NCBI GenBank assembly: GCA_002719295.1
Contig: PBHC01000001.1
Coordinates: 1-28,372 of the forward strand
Source of the DNA: Chloroflexota bacterium
GTDB taxonomy: Bacteria > Chloroflexota > Dehalococcoidia > Lucifugimonadales > Lucifugimonadaceae
Direction: 5' to 3'
DNA: 28,372 nt
This document shows positions 27,981 to 28,372 of this stretch, in pieces. Position 1 is the stretch's first letter, and each line of letters begins with the position of its first letter. Made by a program: the position numbers and the translations under genes. The notes beneath the pieces are model-generated. The model was given only the letters and a program-made list of their open reading frames with translations, was not told the DNA's origin and searched no databases.

Positions 27981-28065
27981 TAAGAGGGCAAATCAATTAT
28001 TCTAGTTGCTTTAGAAATTTCAGAAAATAACAACGTTATTTTTTGATTATTGAAATGCCCTCTTA
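27981..28065. other. Nested inverted repeats (possible multibranch RNA structure) upstream of the response regulator
   Basis: taagagggca (27981-27990) / tgccctctta (28056-28065), enclosing aatcaa/ttgatt and two small hairpins. Confidence 0.5.
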
Positions 28066-28079
28066 TCTTTGGGGGAAAA

Positions 28080-28372
28080 TTATAATCTAATTTGAGTTTG
28101 ATTACTTTTTGAAGTTTTTCTTTTCTTCATCTCTCCTGAAAGTATTGCTTGAAGTTTTTCATCTGCTTCTTCTTGAGTTAACTTACCTGCTTCTACTGCA
28201 CTATCTAACCGTTGCTTTATTTCAGCTTCTGTAGGCTTCTTCCCAAACATCCCAGGTCTTTTTTTCTTCATCTCTCCTGAAAGTATTGCTTGAAGTTTTT
28301 CATCTGCTTCTTCTTGAGTTAACTTACCTGCTTCTACTGCACTATCTAACCGTTGCTTTATTTCAGCTTCTG
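28080..28372 (-). CDS. Partial repeat protein with 47-aa units (5' end outside the window)
   Basis: The frame stays open to the window edge; unit EAEIKQRLDSAVEAGKLTQEEADEKLQAILSGEMKKKRPGMFGKKPT. The ORF-track ATG at 28271 is internal. Confidence 0.8.
   Translation of the reverse strand, partial: EAEIKQRLDSAVEAGKLTQEEADEKLQAILSGEMKKKRPGMFGKKPTEAEIKQRLDSAVEAGKLTQEEADEKLQAILSGEMKKRKTSKSNQTQIRL
28121..28372. repeat. 141-bp period coding tandem repeat
   Basis: 28121-28231 is identical to 28262-28372. Confidence 0.95.

Noticed and set aside
28080..28271. 63-aa protein as a complete gene
   Set aside because: The ATG lies inside a repeat unit and the frame continues to the window edge.

Overview
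AT-rich, very tightly packed bacterial chromosomal segment with about 30 genes and two tRNAs (Phe-GAA, Gly-GCC). No mobile element or CRISPR was seen. Gene content is suggestive of a streamlined marine Chloroflexota (Dehalococcoidia/SAR202-like) genome, but this is inference only. In order: partial rpsB with an 11-aa C-terminal repeat, ccdA-like gene, stand-alone LuxR HTH, FAH-family hydrolase, a variant ccmABC(D)E operon, a 2-oxoacid:ferredoxin oxidoreductase alpha/beta pair, NUDIX and GNAT genes, a minus-strand run DRTGG-pcrA-membrane protein-MaoC-MaoC-tandem SDR, a DUF1800-DUF1501-NHL operon, bcp, HIT, a carboxyltransferase with no biotin domain, IMPase/HisN-like gene, MFS, DCC-family protein, a degenerate DnaQ-like exonuclease, an OmpR-type two-component pair and a partial 47-aa-repeat protein. 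Both ends of the window fall inside coding tandem repeats. Best leads: (1) an operon with the same domain set as fungal peroxisomal MFE-2/Fox2; (2) a signal-less DUF1800/DUF1501/NHL triad; (3) a repeat protein whose SHOCT-like motif appears to recur in the sensing domain of the neighbouring kinase; (4) a CcmD-like helix fused to an exported domain. All family calls come from motif recognition by eye; no searches were run.
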